DNA from: Asterias rubens
Taxonomy: Eukaryota
NCBI RefSeq assembly: GCF_902459465.1
Contig: NC_047074.1
Location: 13,330,001-13,394,000, forward strand
DNA length: 64,000 nucleotides
Direction: 5' to 3'
In this document: positions 25,701 to 38,300 of the stretch, in pieces
How positions within the stretch are numbered: the first letter of the stretch is position 1
How the letters are laid out: each line of letters begins with the position of its first letter
Program-made: the position numbers and the translations under genes
The notes under the pieces: generated by a model
What the model saw: the letters and a program-made list of their open reading frames with translations, nothing else
The model's database searches: none
Told to the model about the DNA's origin: nothing

Positions 25701-28700
25701 TCTGTGTACCACTCGTCAACGATTGGCCAACATCTGAACAAAACAAACAAAAACTAACATTATTATATTTTTCCAGACTTTTTATTTTAACGAATTAGAC
25801 CATAAATGGATTTTTTCAGTGTTGTACTCGTTCTCACAGGGCTCGAATTTTACACTGCATTTCTGAGGCCAGTGATTTTAGCTACGGGCCAATAAAATTA
25901 TGACTGGACCAAGACCGACTGTCTCAGGTTTTTCAATTTAATACTAATACCTTTCTGCGTAATGATTCTATATTAACAAAAAAATTATGTTACAATTTTG
26001 GTTGAGTCTGGTATAATATATTTCAATTTAAAAACAGTATCAAAGTACACTTGCATACAATAAGAATAGAAAACTTCTCAGAACCAACACTACTCAAAAC
26101 AGATGTACACATGGCACTACTGAAAACCTCACATAACTATACTCCGACCATGCAAAGGTTTCTAATCCTACTTACTTGTAATTGTGGCAGCTTTGAAGCT
26201 CTGGACAGTCTTTGGTTTGTTGGTTCCAGCAATGCTGACGATGCCTCCAGGCTTAGGCCTGGGCTATAACAAGCCTAACCTAACTATACTCACACCATGC
26301 AAAGTTTCAAATCCTACTTACTTGTAATTGTGGCAGCTTTGAAGCTCTGGACAGTCTTTGGTTTGTTGGTTCCAGCAATGCTGATGATACCTCCAGGCTT
26401 AGGCCTGGGCTATCACAAGCCTAACCTAACTATACTCACACCATGCAAAGGTTTCTAATCCTACTTACTTGTAATTGTGGCAGCTTTGAAGCTCTGGACA
26501 GTCTTTGGTTTGTTGGTTCCAGCAATGCTGACGATGCCTCCAGGCTTAGGCCTGGGCTATCACAAGCCTAACCTAACTATACTCACACCATGCAAAGGTT
26601 TCTAATCCTACTTACTTGTAATTGTGGCAGCTTTGAAGCTCTGGACAGTCTTTGGTTTGTTGGTTCCAGCAATGCTGACGATGCCTCCAGGCTTAGGCCT
26701 GGGCTATCACAAGCCTAACCTAACTATACTCACACCATGCAAAGGTTTCTAATCCTACTTACTTGTAATTGTGGCAGCTTTGAAGCTCTGGACAGTCTTT
26801 GGTTTGTTGGTTCCAGCAATGCTGACGATGCCTCCAGGCTTAGGCCTGGGCTATCACAAGCCTAACCTAACTATACTCACACCATGCAAAGGTTTCTAAT
26901 CCTACTTACTTGTAATTGTGGCAGCTTTGAAGCTCTGGACAGTCTTTGGTTTGTTGGTTCCAGCAATGCTGACGATGCCTCCAGGCTTAGGCCTGGGCTA
27001 TCACAAGCCTAACCTAACTATACTCACACCATGCAAAGGTTTCTAATCCTACTTACTTGTAGTTGTGGCAGCTTTGAAGCTCTGGACAGTCTTTGGTTTG
27101 TTGGTTCCAGCAATGCTGATGATACCTCCAGGCTTAGGTCTAGGCTATCACAAGCCTAACCTAACTATACTCCGACCATGCAAAGGTTTCTAATCCTACT
27201 TACTTGTAGTTGTGGCAGCTTTGAAGCTCTGGACAGTCTTTGGTTTGTTGGTTCCAGCAATGCTGATGATACCTCCAGGCTTAGGCCTAGATACGGGAGA
27301 CATCGATGACATGTGATGAGAGATAACTCCGGCTGAACTTGTTCCAATCACTACTTTATTACCTACATTGTTAAAATGTTAACAATACAAGAAAATCAAA
27401 ATTCACAGCACTGCTTATTGGTAAGATTATTTTTTTTAATTACTATGGCAAAAAATGTTGCTTAAGCTTAAGCATTTTTTAGAGGCGACCAGCTTGTGCG
27501 TATCCACCATGGATTTGCATTGTTGCGTCATTCATTTTCATAAAGTAAGCAGCGGAAGGTTAGGATGCCTTTTCGTGTACTTACGGTAAGCAGCAGAATG
27601 GCAATCTCACAGTAAGCACAAAATCCACTGTTAAGCAACTCTGCATTTCTGTTCGCAGAGCTGTCCAAAACTGGTCAACAGGAGCCTAATCCAAAACCAT
27701 TAGTCTCTCCTCAATTGGCTTTAAGATATTCTTGACTCAAGAAAAGTATATCTGAAAATCAGTGCTTGCCCAGAAAAAGCGGAAAACTGGTGATCAAAAG
27801 CGCATAATTCTTCAATAAGTAGAGCCATGAATTTGGGCCCAGGTGGTGGGATGTCCATTTTGTTTGGTCTCACCTGCTATTGTAGTCACAGGCATGGAGG
27901 TCATCATAGCAGGGGATGGCATCGACGTCTTGGAGGTCGTTTCTATGGTAACAGTAGGTTGACCCATTGACCTCTGGTGTTTACTAGTAGCAGTGACACT
28001 GACAGACTGACTGAAACTTTTCACACCTTGTAACAAGAAAAGATGTAAACTATGCTTATATACATATTCATGACCAGAACAGTAAATACATATTCAGTCT
28101 ATGCTGAAGTCTATGCTGGTCTCTAATTGGCCAAACATTGGCGTTATTATTTTATGCATATTTCATGACCCGAAAAGTGCCACTGCCTTTAAATACAAAT
28201 GTGTTTGAAAAAAAGTTTACCTGTCTCTGATTTGATTTGTTGCTTCCTATTGCTTGCGTTCATACCGGGCCCCATTTGGGTCGTCACATCGGGGTGCTGT
28301 GCCATCTGCTTCATCAGTTTCTGTTTGCCGACAGCTCTCACCCGAGGCTTCCCGGCCATGTTTGTAGATACGTAGGATGCCATCTGTGAGCTTATCAATG
28401 ATGCTGGGTGTAAAGAATTTGAAATACAAAGTAATTAGAGTACAATTAGGTGAGGTTTGCGGTAGCACCATTTGTAAATCTCTTTTGATTAGTGTTAGTT
28501 CTAAAAAGAACTGGTGGTTGATAAATCAACGTTTCTATCAGTAGGTCATTTTGAGTTGAAAACTGACAAGAAGGCAGGGGTCGATTTCACAAAGAGTTAG
28601 GACTCGTCTTATCTCGAGTTAGGACGAGTAACTCGTCTTAACTTAGGATTAATCTTAAGGTCCGCATGCTACAGTGCAGGGTTGGGACTCGACCTAAGTC

Positions 28701-31700
28701 CTAAGATTAGTCTTAAGTTAGGAAGAGTTTTGTGAAATCGGTGGCAGTAAGCCTGGGCGATATCACGATATTATCGAATATCGCGATATTAATTTGGAAA
28801 CGATTTCGATATCGGATGGATTTGGTTTTAATCGAAATATCGATATATCGCGATATATCACGATAAACGCGATAATCGCGATATATCGCAATATCGATTA
28901 AATATCGCGATGTATTTGCTAGCTGAGACATCTTGCTCCCCATAAGTTTGGAGTAAAACCAGAAGAATAGGTCATTAGAACACCTCTCTTAAGCTATGAC
29001 TGTCTCTTCTACAACTTTCACTTGGAGTTTGAAGACTGATGATGTCAAATTTCATTAATCGCGATTATATCGAATATCACGATATATTGTCGGCGATATA
29101 TCGTGAATAAAATAAATCGATATCGCCCAAGCTTAGACGGCAGGGCTTGTAGCACAAAACATTAACTTGACCAGAAATGTTAGTACAAGCCCAGATATTA
29201 GAAACAAAAAAAGGTTTGAAAGTTTTTCCAACGAGTTGAGCAATCGTCTGAAACAATCCATACAGGTAGTGTGTGGTGGCAAGTGCACTGAACTAGGTAT
29301 GTACTGTGTCGCATTCACCACGCAGATTCCAAACTGCTGAATGTATCCGTCAATCAAACTACACTGGATAATTTGAATAGTCAGACAGTGGTAGGGTTGA
29401 CTGTGTACTGTGTAGATGCACTCACCAAAAGCAAAGTTTATCTATCATTCAAAATCACATCATTCATCGGTCACACAGTAGGAGGGTTATATTTTGTATA
29501 TGCAAGTTTGCCCCAAACAAGGCTAAAAGCCACTCTAGGTAAGGAGCTGCAAGAAGAAAATGATTAAACGTGAAAATAACTCAGCAGAGCTGGAGGTAGG
29601 AATTGATATTCCTCTTCAAACAGTCTTGAATGTAGGATGGGGGAGGGGAACATCCACCAGGCAGGGAGTTCCAAAGAGGTGCAGTACTGGTACTTACTGG
29701 TAGTCCTTGCCGTGATGACAGTGCTTTTGATGGACGGTACCGCTCCAATGTTCCCTGATGCTTTCCTCCCCGTACTGATGACTGGGATTGTCCCTGGCAT
29801 GACCTCGGGGCTACTAGGAAATTGACGACTGCTGGAAATCTGGCACGTTTTCCTCTCCATCTGCTGTTGGGATAACTGGGCGTGCTGTCTGACGTTTGAC
29901 CTGCTGGCGGCGGACTGTTGTCGCCCTCGTTGCGTTACGATCGGTTGTTGTGCGCCTCCGGGTTTCATGTCGGGCTGTCGAGACAGGGACTGACCGGACA
30001 TACTGGTCAGTATGACAGACTGCTTGGTGCCTGATTTGATGATGGGCGACTTGGATGAGGGTACACTGTGTGACCGTTGAAGGATGGACGGGGTGAAGGA
30101 TGTCGAGCTGCTGGACACCAAGATTACCTGAAATCGAATTACCTTTTCGTTATAGACCGAGCACGTATTGATGTTCAACCATCCTGAACAAAGTTGGTCC
30201 TACCCATGTTAAGTTTTAAGTGTCCACTTTTGATTCTTCAATACTTTAGTTTAACCATTTAGAGACAGTTCATCAAACATACGTCCAGACATTGCTCCGT
30301 TGTACTCCGTTAAAATTAATATGAAACAGAAATACGTGTATGGCTTTTTTCTTTAGACTTGTAGTTTTTATGTTAACATGGGGAAATTTAAAATTGTCAA
30401 CTCGTTCCAGTACCTTTTCATTGACCGTCCGCTTTGTGCGGAAGTAGATCAAATTTTGCAGACGTTTGCGACTTCTGCAAGCATTTTGGTACAAGCCATT
30501 TTTATTTTCAAAAGTTTTGCACCAATAAGAAATGATTTCATAGAAAAAGTATAGTCTTTATTTGATTTTACTTTTATGCTTTCTATTTTTAGATTCTCAA
30601 AACTTATTTACCGTTAAAAATGGAGGAATCACATTTCAGCCTTACTACTTACTTTCTGAGCTGCATTACTACTCGCTGATTGCCCACTAGTGGCCTTGGT
30701 GTATGTATATTTAACCGGTGACTGTGCACTACTCATTCCCGTCTTAGCGACACTACTCATCGATGATGACAGCGAAGGTTTGCCAGCAGGCGCCATACTC
30801 AACCCAATGAGCGACTTGTTATTCGCTAAATTCATACCGACGTGTTGTTTGCTTGGATTGAATCCAAGGTGTTGTTGCTTGGTGGCCGGTAAGCTCAGTG
30901 ATCGACTGGTCGTGATGATGTGTCCACTCGATGATTTGGGACTCGGTGGGGCGAGTAGACTCACTGGGGCCGAGGTTTGTTGGCTGTGGGGCGAAGGCAG
31001 TGGCTCCTTTGATGGTGGTCCGCTAGACGAGTCATAGCGAGATCTCTTCACTGGAGGAGTATCGATTTCGATATCTGGGCCACCTACACGAATTCAGAAG
31101 CCAAAAAAATAAAAGCAAGTTTGCCCCAAACAAGGCTAAATGCCACTCTTAGTATGGAGCTACAAGAAAAGAAAAAATATTAAATGTGAAAAGAACTCAG
31201 GGGAGTTGAAGGTAGGAATTGATGTTCCTCTTTAAACAGTCTAGATTGTAGGATGGAGGGAAACATGCACCAGACAAGGATTCCAAAGAGATGCAGTACA
31301 AGGACAAAAATGGCACACCGGGTTGTTTCTTGTGGATGCAGCTTTTTACCCTTATGATGAGCATTGCAATGTAGAGGAAGGGCTCACCCTAGCCCTGTGT
31401 CTATGAAATACTTCTTTGGGCTCGCAAAAACACACTTCTCAACTTGCCTCTTGGGATACTTACACTAGCCTGGTGTCCAGGAAAAACTGTGACGGGCTCG
31501 AAAAGCCACTTCGTAACTTGCCTCATGGTTTGGATAATTTTCACCCAAAAACATTTGAGCCAGAGGCCGTGTCCGAAACGACGACTTTAGCTACAGCTCG
31601 ATCAGAGTTCTGGCCATAGCTGTAGCTGAATGTGCAGTTTTAGGTATGGCCTGAGAAATGATTTATGCATGAATTGTTTCTCAGAGCTAAAATTTATGAC

Positions 31701-33161
31701 TATTTTATGGCCCTTACTTTAGGAAGGCTGAAATAATGGAGGAGGTGGTAAGGGTTTAAAATCCTGCGTACCTTTTACTGGAATGGAGATGCCGCAGGGT
31801 AAAACTACAACATTGGGCGAAGGGCTCGGAGGCTGATGCTGAGGTTTCATTCCAACACTGCTATTCTCATTTCCAATCGGTACTTTAACCAAAAATACCA
31901 CAAATAGTTATTTTAACAGCACTGCACTCCTGGAATTACACAGAGTCCTATGCTATTAATCCCCTATTGTTTTACTCATTTCCCAAAAAACTACAGCACC
32001 TCAGCACGTAGTATTTTCAGGGAAGCTTTCTACTATCATTATCTTCAAACTGTGTAAGTTTAGTGTTAATCTGTGGACATTGTGTTTTTTGTCCTACAAA
32101 AGTTACATAGACCCTTTAAGGCAAAGCTCTAACGACGAAAAACAAATCATCACAGTAGTAGTTTTTCACAATTAAACAAAAGTTAGGAAAAATTGTCTTA
32201 CTTTCTTTTCTAGCCGTTTCCGAGGGCAAAGGAAGTGTGAGATTATGGCTGAATGCTGCATTGGCTGCCTGGTTAGCCGTTAATGAGAACACAGTCTGTG
32301 GTACAAGCCTCGGCATCAGGGGTATCAGACGACGTCCTTCAATGGCCCACTCTGCAGAGTTATTTGGTCCGCTCAATCTGGGTCGGATCAAGCAGTCATG
32401 TTTCAATCAAAACAAAATTCTTAGGTTTAGGCGATTAACATATTGGTCTGATAAACCCAAAAAAATGCACTACAACATGGTCCAATTTCTTGGCTTTGCT
32501 TACAGCCAAATTCTGTGCTGATGATCACCATTCTCCCCTTACTGGGCAAGCGCCAAATGTAAGCGAAGAATGCCTAATAACGTAGAGCACGCATGGGTAC
32601 AACAAAAACTTCCCTGCTCACTGGTAAAATAAGCACGAAGGTAAGCGTTGCTTCTTTGTTTAATAAGGTAAGCAGAGCAAAGAAATTTGGCCCAGAAGAC
32701 CGTACACCAAAAGTGTAAGAATTTAATGGCCTGGGTTTACATCCAGTTTGTCATACCTCTCCGCAACTGTGGATAGTTTTTCATCGTTGACGGCTCTTCG
32801 GACCTCAGCACGATGACGTTCTGTAGAAATACTACAGGAGATAAAGTATGAACGTCAGTCACGGCAGATGGTTATATTTTGTTGCGTCAGTACAAACACA
32901 AAAAGCAAAAGGTTTAATCCCGAGTCGACCAAAACTTGGGAGGTAGCATATTAAAAAAGAATGGACCATTACCCTTAATATTTACTTCCCAATTTATTAC
33001 CTGAGTGTCGTTGATAGTTCGTTGAGAATATTTTTCTTGTCTTTGGTCAAATCACCCTGGGCACGGAACGCGCTGACAATCCCAGCGTATGCCTCAAGTT
33101 CAGTTCGTCTTAATAATCTCTTGCACTCGTCTTTACTCATGTCCAGTAGCTTCGGCCACAT
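13746..33161 (-). CDS. EMSY: BRCA2-interacting transcriptional repressor EMSY homolog with N-terminal ENT domain and C-terminal bromodomain, 1323 aa
   Basis: Coding exons on the minus strand: 33001-33161, 32757-32831, 32202-32377, 31772-31882, 30653-31083, 29698-30127, 28221-28403, 27874-28026, 27204-27362, 25609-25733, 21237-21458, 20777-20861, 20151-20273, 19381-19650, 18111-18619, 17472-17655, 16483-16642, 15439-15521, 14812-14891, 14112-14276, 13746-13832. All are GT-AG and in phase, 3972 nt. The N-terminus MWPKLLDMSKDECKRLLRRTELEAYAGIVSAFRAQGDLTK...ISTERHRAEVRRAVNDE...EGRRLIPLMPRLVPQT is the EMSY ENT domain. Boundaries in the low-complexity middle exons are less certain. Confidence 0.88.
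15525..16440. repeat. Degenerate AATCAATCAAGAA-type low-complexity tandem repeat in an EMSY intron
   Basis: Many imperfect AATCAATCAA(GAA) units, most regular at 15525-15720. Confidence 0.6.
16757..17030 (+). mobile_element. L2/CR1-clade LINE 3' end nested in a family-A MITE fragment
   Basis: Encodes SFSLAAPGLWNHLP..IR.S.SL..FKKALKKHLF*, typical of the L2-type ORF2 C-terminus, followed by an (ATTGT)n tail; it interrupts the family-A sequence. Confidence 0.75.
17212..17377. mobile_element. Harbinger-like MITE (CGATTTCAC..GTGAAATCG); related copy in opposite orientation at 28578-28744
   Basis: Short TIRs with CCTAACTTAGG-rich interior; the 28578 copy is flanked by CAG on both sides. Confidence 0.6.
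20460..20720 (-). mobile_element. Decayed L2/CR1-clade LINE 3' fragment
   Basis: Minus strand reads GQGSFGYIVPRL*TDLPHIICSSTSAATFKKLLKTEL, a degraded RAFS..APRLWN.LP motif. Confidence 0.55.
21608..21964. mobile_element. TTAA-flanked MITE, family C (Kolobok-like); partial inverted copy at ~31970-32114
   Basis: TTAA flanks and internal inverted GAGGTGCTGTAG / CTACAGCACCTC. The two ends do not match each other well, so it may be chimeric. Confidence 0.55.
22028..22990. repeat. 107-bp tandem repeat, 9 copies
   Basis: Period 107 (ORF starts at 22168, 22275, 22382...); copies nearly identical. Confidence 0.97.
22042..25370 (+). mobile_element. 5'-truncated RTE-clade LINE expanded internally by two minisatellites
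   Basis: With the arrays collapsed it reads IRER[1-nt deletion]LKLAGHCVRPTELAACPTILWEPTQGKASRVRRCLSFLDSLKRDTGLASPEELRSCMLDRNIWRETTGQARASTWRST*, then a (TGA)n tail. TSD ACTGTCAGAT at 22032-22041 and 25371-25380. Confidence 0.85.
23028..25272. repeat. 37-bp tandem repeat, about 60 copies
   Basis: Unit CCCTGAAACGTGACACCGGCTTGGCCGAGATGTCTCT; few variants. Confidence 0.97.
26140..27290 (-). repeat. 147-bp tandem repeat (8 copies) made of the 3' half of EMSY exon 27204-27362 plus its splice donor
   Basis: The donor-equivalent boundary recurs at 27204, 27057, 26910, 26763, 26616, 26469, 26322 and 26176. Confidence 0.93.
28748..29135. mobile_element. hAT-like MITE with CGATAT-rich subterminal repeats
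   Basis: TIRs TAAGCCTGGGCGATAT / ATATCGCCCAAGCTTA; degenerate 8-bp TSD GGTGGCAG / GACGGCAG. Confidence 0.7.
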
Positions 33162-33236
33162 TTTGAATGATGATGGGATGATCTTTTATAAAAAACAAAG
33201 AAATTACAAACTATTTCCTCAAGACAATACTGTTAA

Positions 33237-33606
33237 AGGAACACGTTGCCTTGGATTGGAAGAGTTGGTCTGTAAAAAGCGTTTGATATAAAATGTATGG
33301 TTAGATAGATGTTGTAAAAATAGAATACAATGATCTACAAAAATATGTCTCGCAGTTTTGTGGTTTTCCTTTTACCTCGGCGACTAACACGGTCGGCCAT
33401 TTATGTGAGTCAAATTTGTGACTCCCATAAATGGCTGACCGTGTTAGTTCGCAAAGTAAAAGGAAAACCATGCAATTTCGAGGCAAATTTGAGTGGATCA
33501 GTTTATTCTACTTTTGAATTATCTATCTAACCATATGCATTTCATAAAAAACGGTTTCAAACGCTTTGTATCGACCAACTCGTCCGATCCCAGGCAAAGT
33601 GTTCCT
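33237..33606. mobile_element. TTAA-flanked MITE, family B (Kolobok-like); further copies at ~45302-45688 and 60877-61256
   Basis: TTAA|AGGAACACGTTGCCTTGGAT ... GTTCCT|TTAA with a central CGGCCATTTATG(G/T)GAGTCAAA / TTTG(T)GACTCCCATAAATGG inverted core. Confidence 0.85.
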
Positions 33607-34976
33607 TTAAGTTTTCAACCTTAGTCAAGGCGGAGCAGTTAGGTCATGAGAATGAAAATAATAGATTTGCGTCCACCGCCCGCATGCTCTGAAAGCTACC
33701 GCCCAAAAATTTCATTATTTTCACAAAATTTCATTATATTCACAAAAAAGACTGCATCACAAATTTTCAAGTTCAAACCATCGAACAAGGGTAAAAGGTT
33801 ATATTTACGCATTTTAGTAGCTAGTAGTGCTATACAAGGCAGATATTCCGCCGCGATCTCGATTGCGATCGCGATTGTTTTATTTGCAGTAAAACATGCA
33901 TCTGCTGTCGTTCATCTGCCGAGCGCAATCAACAAATTTGCGCAAAAATGTTCTGTGCAATTATAAATTTGCGCTATGCAGAATAGGCAAATTTGTGTAT
34001 CGAGCTCCAGTTTGCACAATTTGAAATTTGCGCATCTTCGTGTGCAAAATAATGAATAATGAAAAATGAAAAAAAGCCTCACGTCATTTCAACAATGCTC
34101 GGACGCAAATCTAAAAGTTTCACTCTCATGGCCTTAGTTAGAGCTTCAAACTCAAGCTCAAGAACTGGTCGTGACCCATGTGTCCTTTGAAAGCCAAACA
34201 CTTCGAAATTCATATTTCTTCATCCTTCAGATGGGATGTACTTAAGCCGTAAGTCCCAACTCCCGAGTGAGGTTTTGAAAACTATCATATTGACAATGAC
34301 TATCACCATTGACAAGACATGTAGGATTGTACTGTAGACCCTAATTGATAATTTGTAAATGTGCATGCACTCAACATCAAAGCAAAGGGAAGAAGAACTT
34401 AGATTTAGGAGAAGAAGTGGAGTAATCTTACTTTTTATTGAGGGTGGGGGGGGGGGGGTGAGCGGAGATGGGGGGGGAGTAAGCAAGCAGAGGCAAAAAC
34501 TAATAAAACCAAAGATAAAGCTTGGCTTGGGAGGGTGCCTATCGTATTTTGGACCTATTTTTAACATATCATTAATCAAACAAACCATTTCGAGAGTTTT
34601 TCAATATTGATTAGGAAAAACAAAGGAAGAGTTGGCATGAGAATGAGATAATGGTTGGCGGTTTTTTCTTGGTTGAAAATGAAAACGTAACGCTGGTGAA
34701 ATGGTCACTACTCCAATCTACAATCTACATGCACTACACATACTTCTAGAAACTATAAGGCTCCCCTGTGAGCTCACAGGGGAGCCTTATTATAGTTTCT
34801 AGTAGAAGTACAAGTACATTACATACACTGTATAATTATAGTACAGTCACATACGGACTCAGCAGAGTAGTCGAGTGTAAATTTTGTTTTTTTATCAAAC
34901 AAATAGCAACTTAAGACTCTTTCCTTAACGTTAACCGTTTAAAAGCTACTCTGTAACTACAAGCCCATTTTCTTAC

Positions 34977-35355
34977 CCTGTTTTCTTGAAGAAATCTTGC
35001 TGTTTTCAGCAGCTACACGACAGTAGATGAGCGCGCCATTATATCGTCTACCAAGCAGAATCATCAAAAACATGCAGTCAGTCAGTATCTTTGGTATTCT
35101 TCATCGGTAAAGTAAAATACCGCCCTCTACGACCAGTGTAGGATCCTCGTCCTCTAATAGAAAAGTACAGTATTTCTCAACCCCGCGTTCAAGTTGCACT
35201 TGAAAAAAAAGTTGCAGCGCAATAACAAGTACACAAAACTGAGGAGAAGTTTGAGAGCTAAAAATAAACAGGGGAGAGGCAAAAGGTCAACATTATTTTG
35301 TTTTGGTTTTGGGCCTCCCTGAGAAGTAGAATCGAGATAATTTTCATACTAAATT
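34977..35355. promoter_or_regulatory. Probable bidirectional promoter between an EMSY 5'-UTR exon (-) and the rhodanese gene (+)
   Basis: Minus-strand GTAAG donor at 34975-34976 upstream of the EMSY coding exons; rhodanese ATG at 35356. Transcription starts are not visible. Confidence 0.5.
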
Positions 35356-38300
35356 ATGGCAACCGTTGTCAACCGAATTTTAACTGCAGCAACAGTGTTG
35401 AACTGTCGGGCTGGATTGACATTTGGCCGACGTTTAGCGTAAGTATTGCGAACAAAACATAAAGTAAATAAGTAAATCACAACCCAGCAAAAGCAAAAGT
35501 CAGGTAGTTTTATTAACTTAGATTAGAAACAAAATCCTATTTAATTGCAATAATTGGTGTGTTAACTTTATTAAGCAGCCTAGCCTGCACAAATAAAAAG
35601 ACTGAAGCACCATCAACCACCCAAGAAGCTTAGGATTGTTAAATATTTTATTGTATTATGACATGAGTAATTGAGGCAATTATAAATATAAATTGATGTG
35701 TATTTTGGGGTATAATAATTTGTCCTTGGTTGTTACAACAATACAGGTGTGAATCCCGGTGAGTTCATTCATTGCATTATTTGATTGATCGCTGACTTTT
35801 CTTCCATTCCTTCCAGCGTAGATAACAGGTAGACACATGGTAGTTGCGATAGCGCAACCCTCCTCCCGAGCAGCCGTCGGTAGGAGTGTTACGGTGTATT
35901 GATGGAGACCATGAAGACTGGATGAGAGAAGAGACAGGATGGAGAGGAGAAATCACAATTTTTAAAAAAAATTTTTCACAAAATATTTTAGGATTTAGCC
36001 AAATATCCATCGTCCAGACCGGTCCCCTATGACAACTATTTATTTTACACTTTTTATATTTACTCAATCGATTGACTACATCCTCAGTCAGGTGTGAGAA
36101 ATTTTGTTTAACAAATTTTAAGTCAACTATACTGATTATTTTTTAGTTTACGCAACTCATACACCGATGTTACTCAGTACTTTCCCGAGTCCTGTGAAAA
36201 AAATCACAGGCATATATTACACAAGTGGGATTCGAACCCACAACATTTGCATCTCTTCAATCAGTGTGGTACCCTCTGCTAAAATATAGGATCTGAACTG
36301 CATCTAGCTACCCGGTGGTCTGGTTGGTAAGACGTCTGCTCTAGAATTTGAAAGGTTGTGGGTTCGAATCACACCCGAGAAATGCCTACTGATTTTTTTC
36401 ACAGAGCTCAGGAAAGTATGGAGTAGACAGTGCTAACGCATGGGTAAAACCCCAAAATTATTACTATTATTTATCCCAGAAGCAAATTTAACTTCTATTA
36501 AAGACAGTGGACACTATTGGTAATTGTCAAAGACCAGTCTTCTCACTTGGTGTATCTCAACATATGCATAAAAGAACAAACCTGTGAAAATTTGAGCTTG
36601 ATCGGTCGTTGGAGTTGTGAGATAACTATGAATTAAAAAAACATCCTTGTCACACGAAGTGCTTTCAGATGCTTGATTTCGAGACCTAAATCAAATTCGT
36701 GGAAAAGTATTTCTTTCTCGAAAACTACGTCACTTTAGAGGGAGCTGTTTCTCACAATGTTTTATACTATCAACCTCTCCCCATTACTCGTAATCAAGAA
36801 AGGTTTAATGCTAATATTATTTGGAGTAATTACCAATAGTGTCCACTGCCTTTAAATACATTTTTTTTACCTCCATGTGCAGATGTACTCCATCTTCCTT
36901 GAGCAGTGAGTCAAGTCACAGACTTCCTTCTCATCAAGTGAGATCTTTCCACCGGTTGATCTTCAAGAATCCTCTCCAACAACAGTCTCAATCAACATGT
37001 GTGAAATGTATGTATGTATATATTGAAAACAAAATGAGGAAGAAACCTCCTAACTTATTCTGGTAAGCATATTTTGTTGTGCTTATTAGCTACTTTTTCT
37101 GCTTAGCAGTTCTATGCTTAGCAGTTCTATGAAATTGGGCCATTGTGGGCTACTTTTCAAAAAGCTTAAGCACATGGCCTGATTAAGTCACAGTATGTTG
37201 GAAGTTTGGATAAGACTGGGTGTAGCTAAAATGATCATGGAACTGAAGTAAAGCACTTTCAGTTGAACTAGAAAGTATCTGTACTACCTTTTTGTAATGC
37301 TTTTTTTTTGGGGGGGGGTATCTGTTCATATTTGTTGTGTTGTCATTTAGCCTTTGAGAAAGACTCTGCTAGGGTCGAAATGTTAGGCCATTAAAGCCAT
37401 TGGACCCTTTCGGTTCAGAAAAAAAAAAAAATGTTCACAGATTTACAAATAACTTACAGGGTTTACAGAAGGCAATGGTGAAAGACTTCTCTTGAAATAT
37501 AATCCCATGAAATGCTTTACTTTTTGAGAAAACAGCAAAACAATATAAATTCTCGTTAACGTGAATTACGGATTTATTTTAAACACATGTCATGACACGG
37601 CGAAAAGCGCGGAAACAAGGGTGGGATTTTCCGTTGTTTTCACCCGACTCCGATGACGGATTGAGCCTAAATTTTCACAGGTTTGTTATTTGATATAGAA
37701 GTTGTGGTACACAAAGTGTGGGCCTTGGACAACACTGTTTACCGAAAGGGTCCAATGGCTTTAACTACTTTTTGCAAAAAAAAATTTTAATTCACATTTT
37801 TTTTGACAGCTCAAGTCCAGTTTTGCCGAGCCTGGAGCAGCGACTCTTCAGTCCTTGAGGAGGATGACGTCAATGTATTTTACGAGGGTTTGGTGAAGCG
37901 AATTGAAAGTCGCGACGTTCAGCTGATTGATGTGAGGGAAGCAGCAGAGTTGGCTGAATTTGGGCAGATTACCGGCTCAACGCATATCCCTTGTAAGTCA
38001 ATCCTTAGTCTTGGTTCCAAGACCTTCGCATGTATTATTTCCCACCCTCGCTATCATGGGCAGCGCGCCGTATCGCATGGTGTTATAAGAGGACAGCAAA
38101 ACAAAGACACACAAAGCAGAAATGCGATTTGGGACTTCATAATGTTCTTTATAAGCAGCACCTCTTAAAATAAAGGTTGACTGTAATCAGGGCTCAGAAC
38201 TAACACTGGACTGCAGGTCATAGGCCAGTTTTTTTGTTTGTTTTATATCGGGCCAGGAAACTCATAATTGGACAAAGTCTGACGATCTTGTGTTTTTGTT

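Noticed and set aside
34080-34340. Possible extra EMSY coding exon (MNFEVFG...)
   Set aside because: It would splice out of frame with the ENT-domain ATG and shows no EMSY similarity; at most it is a UTR exon or uORF.
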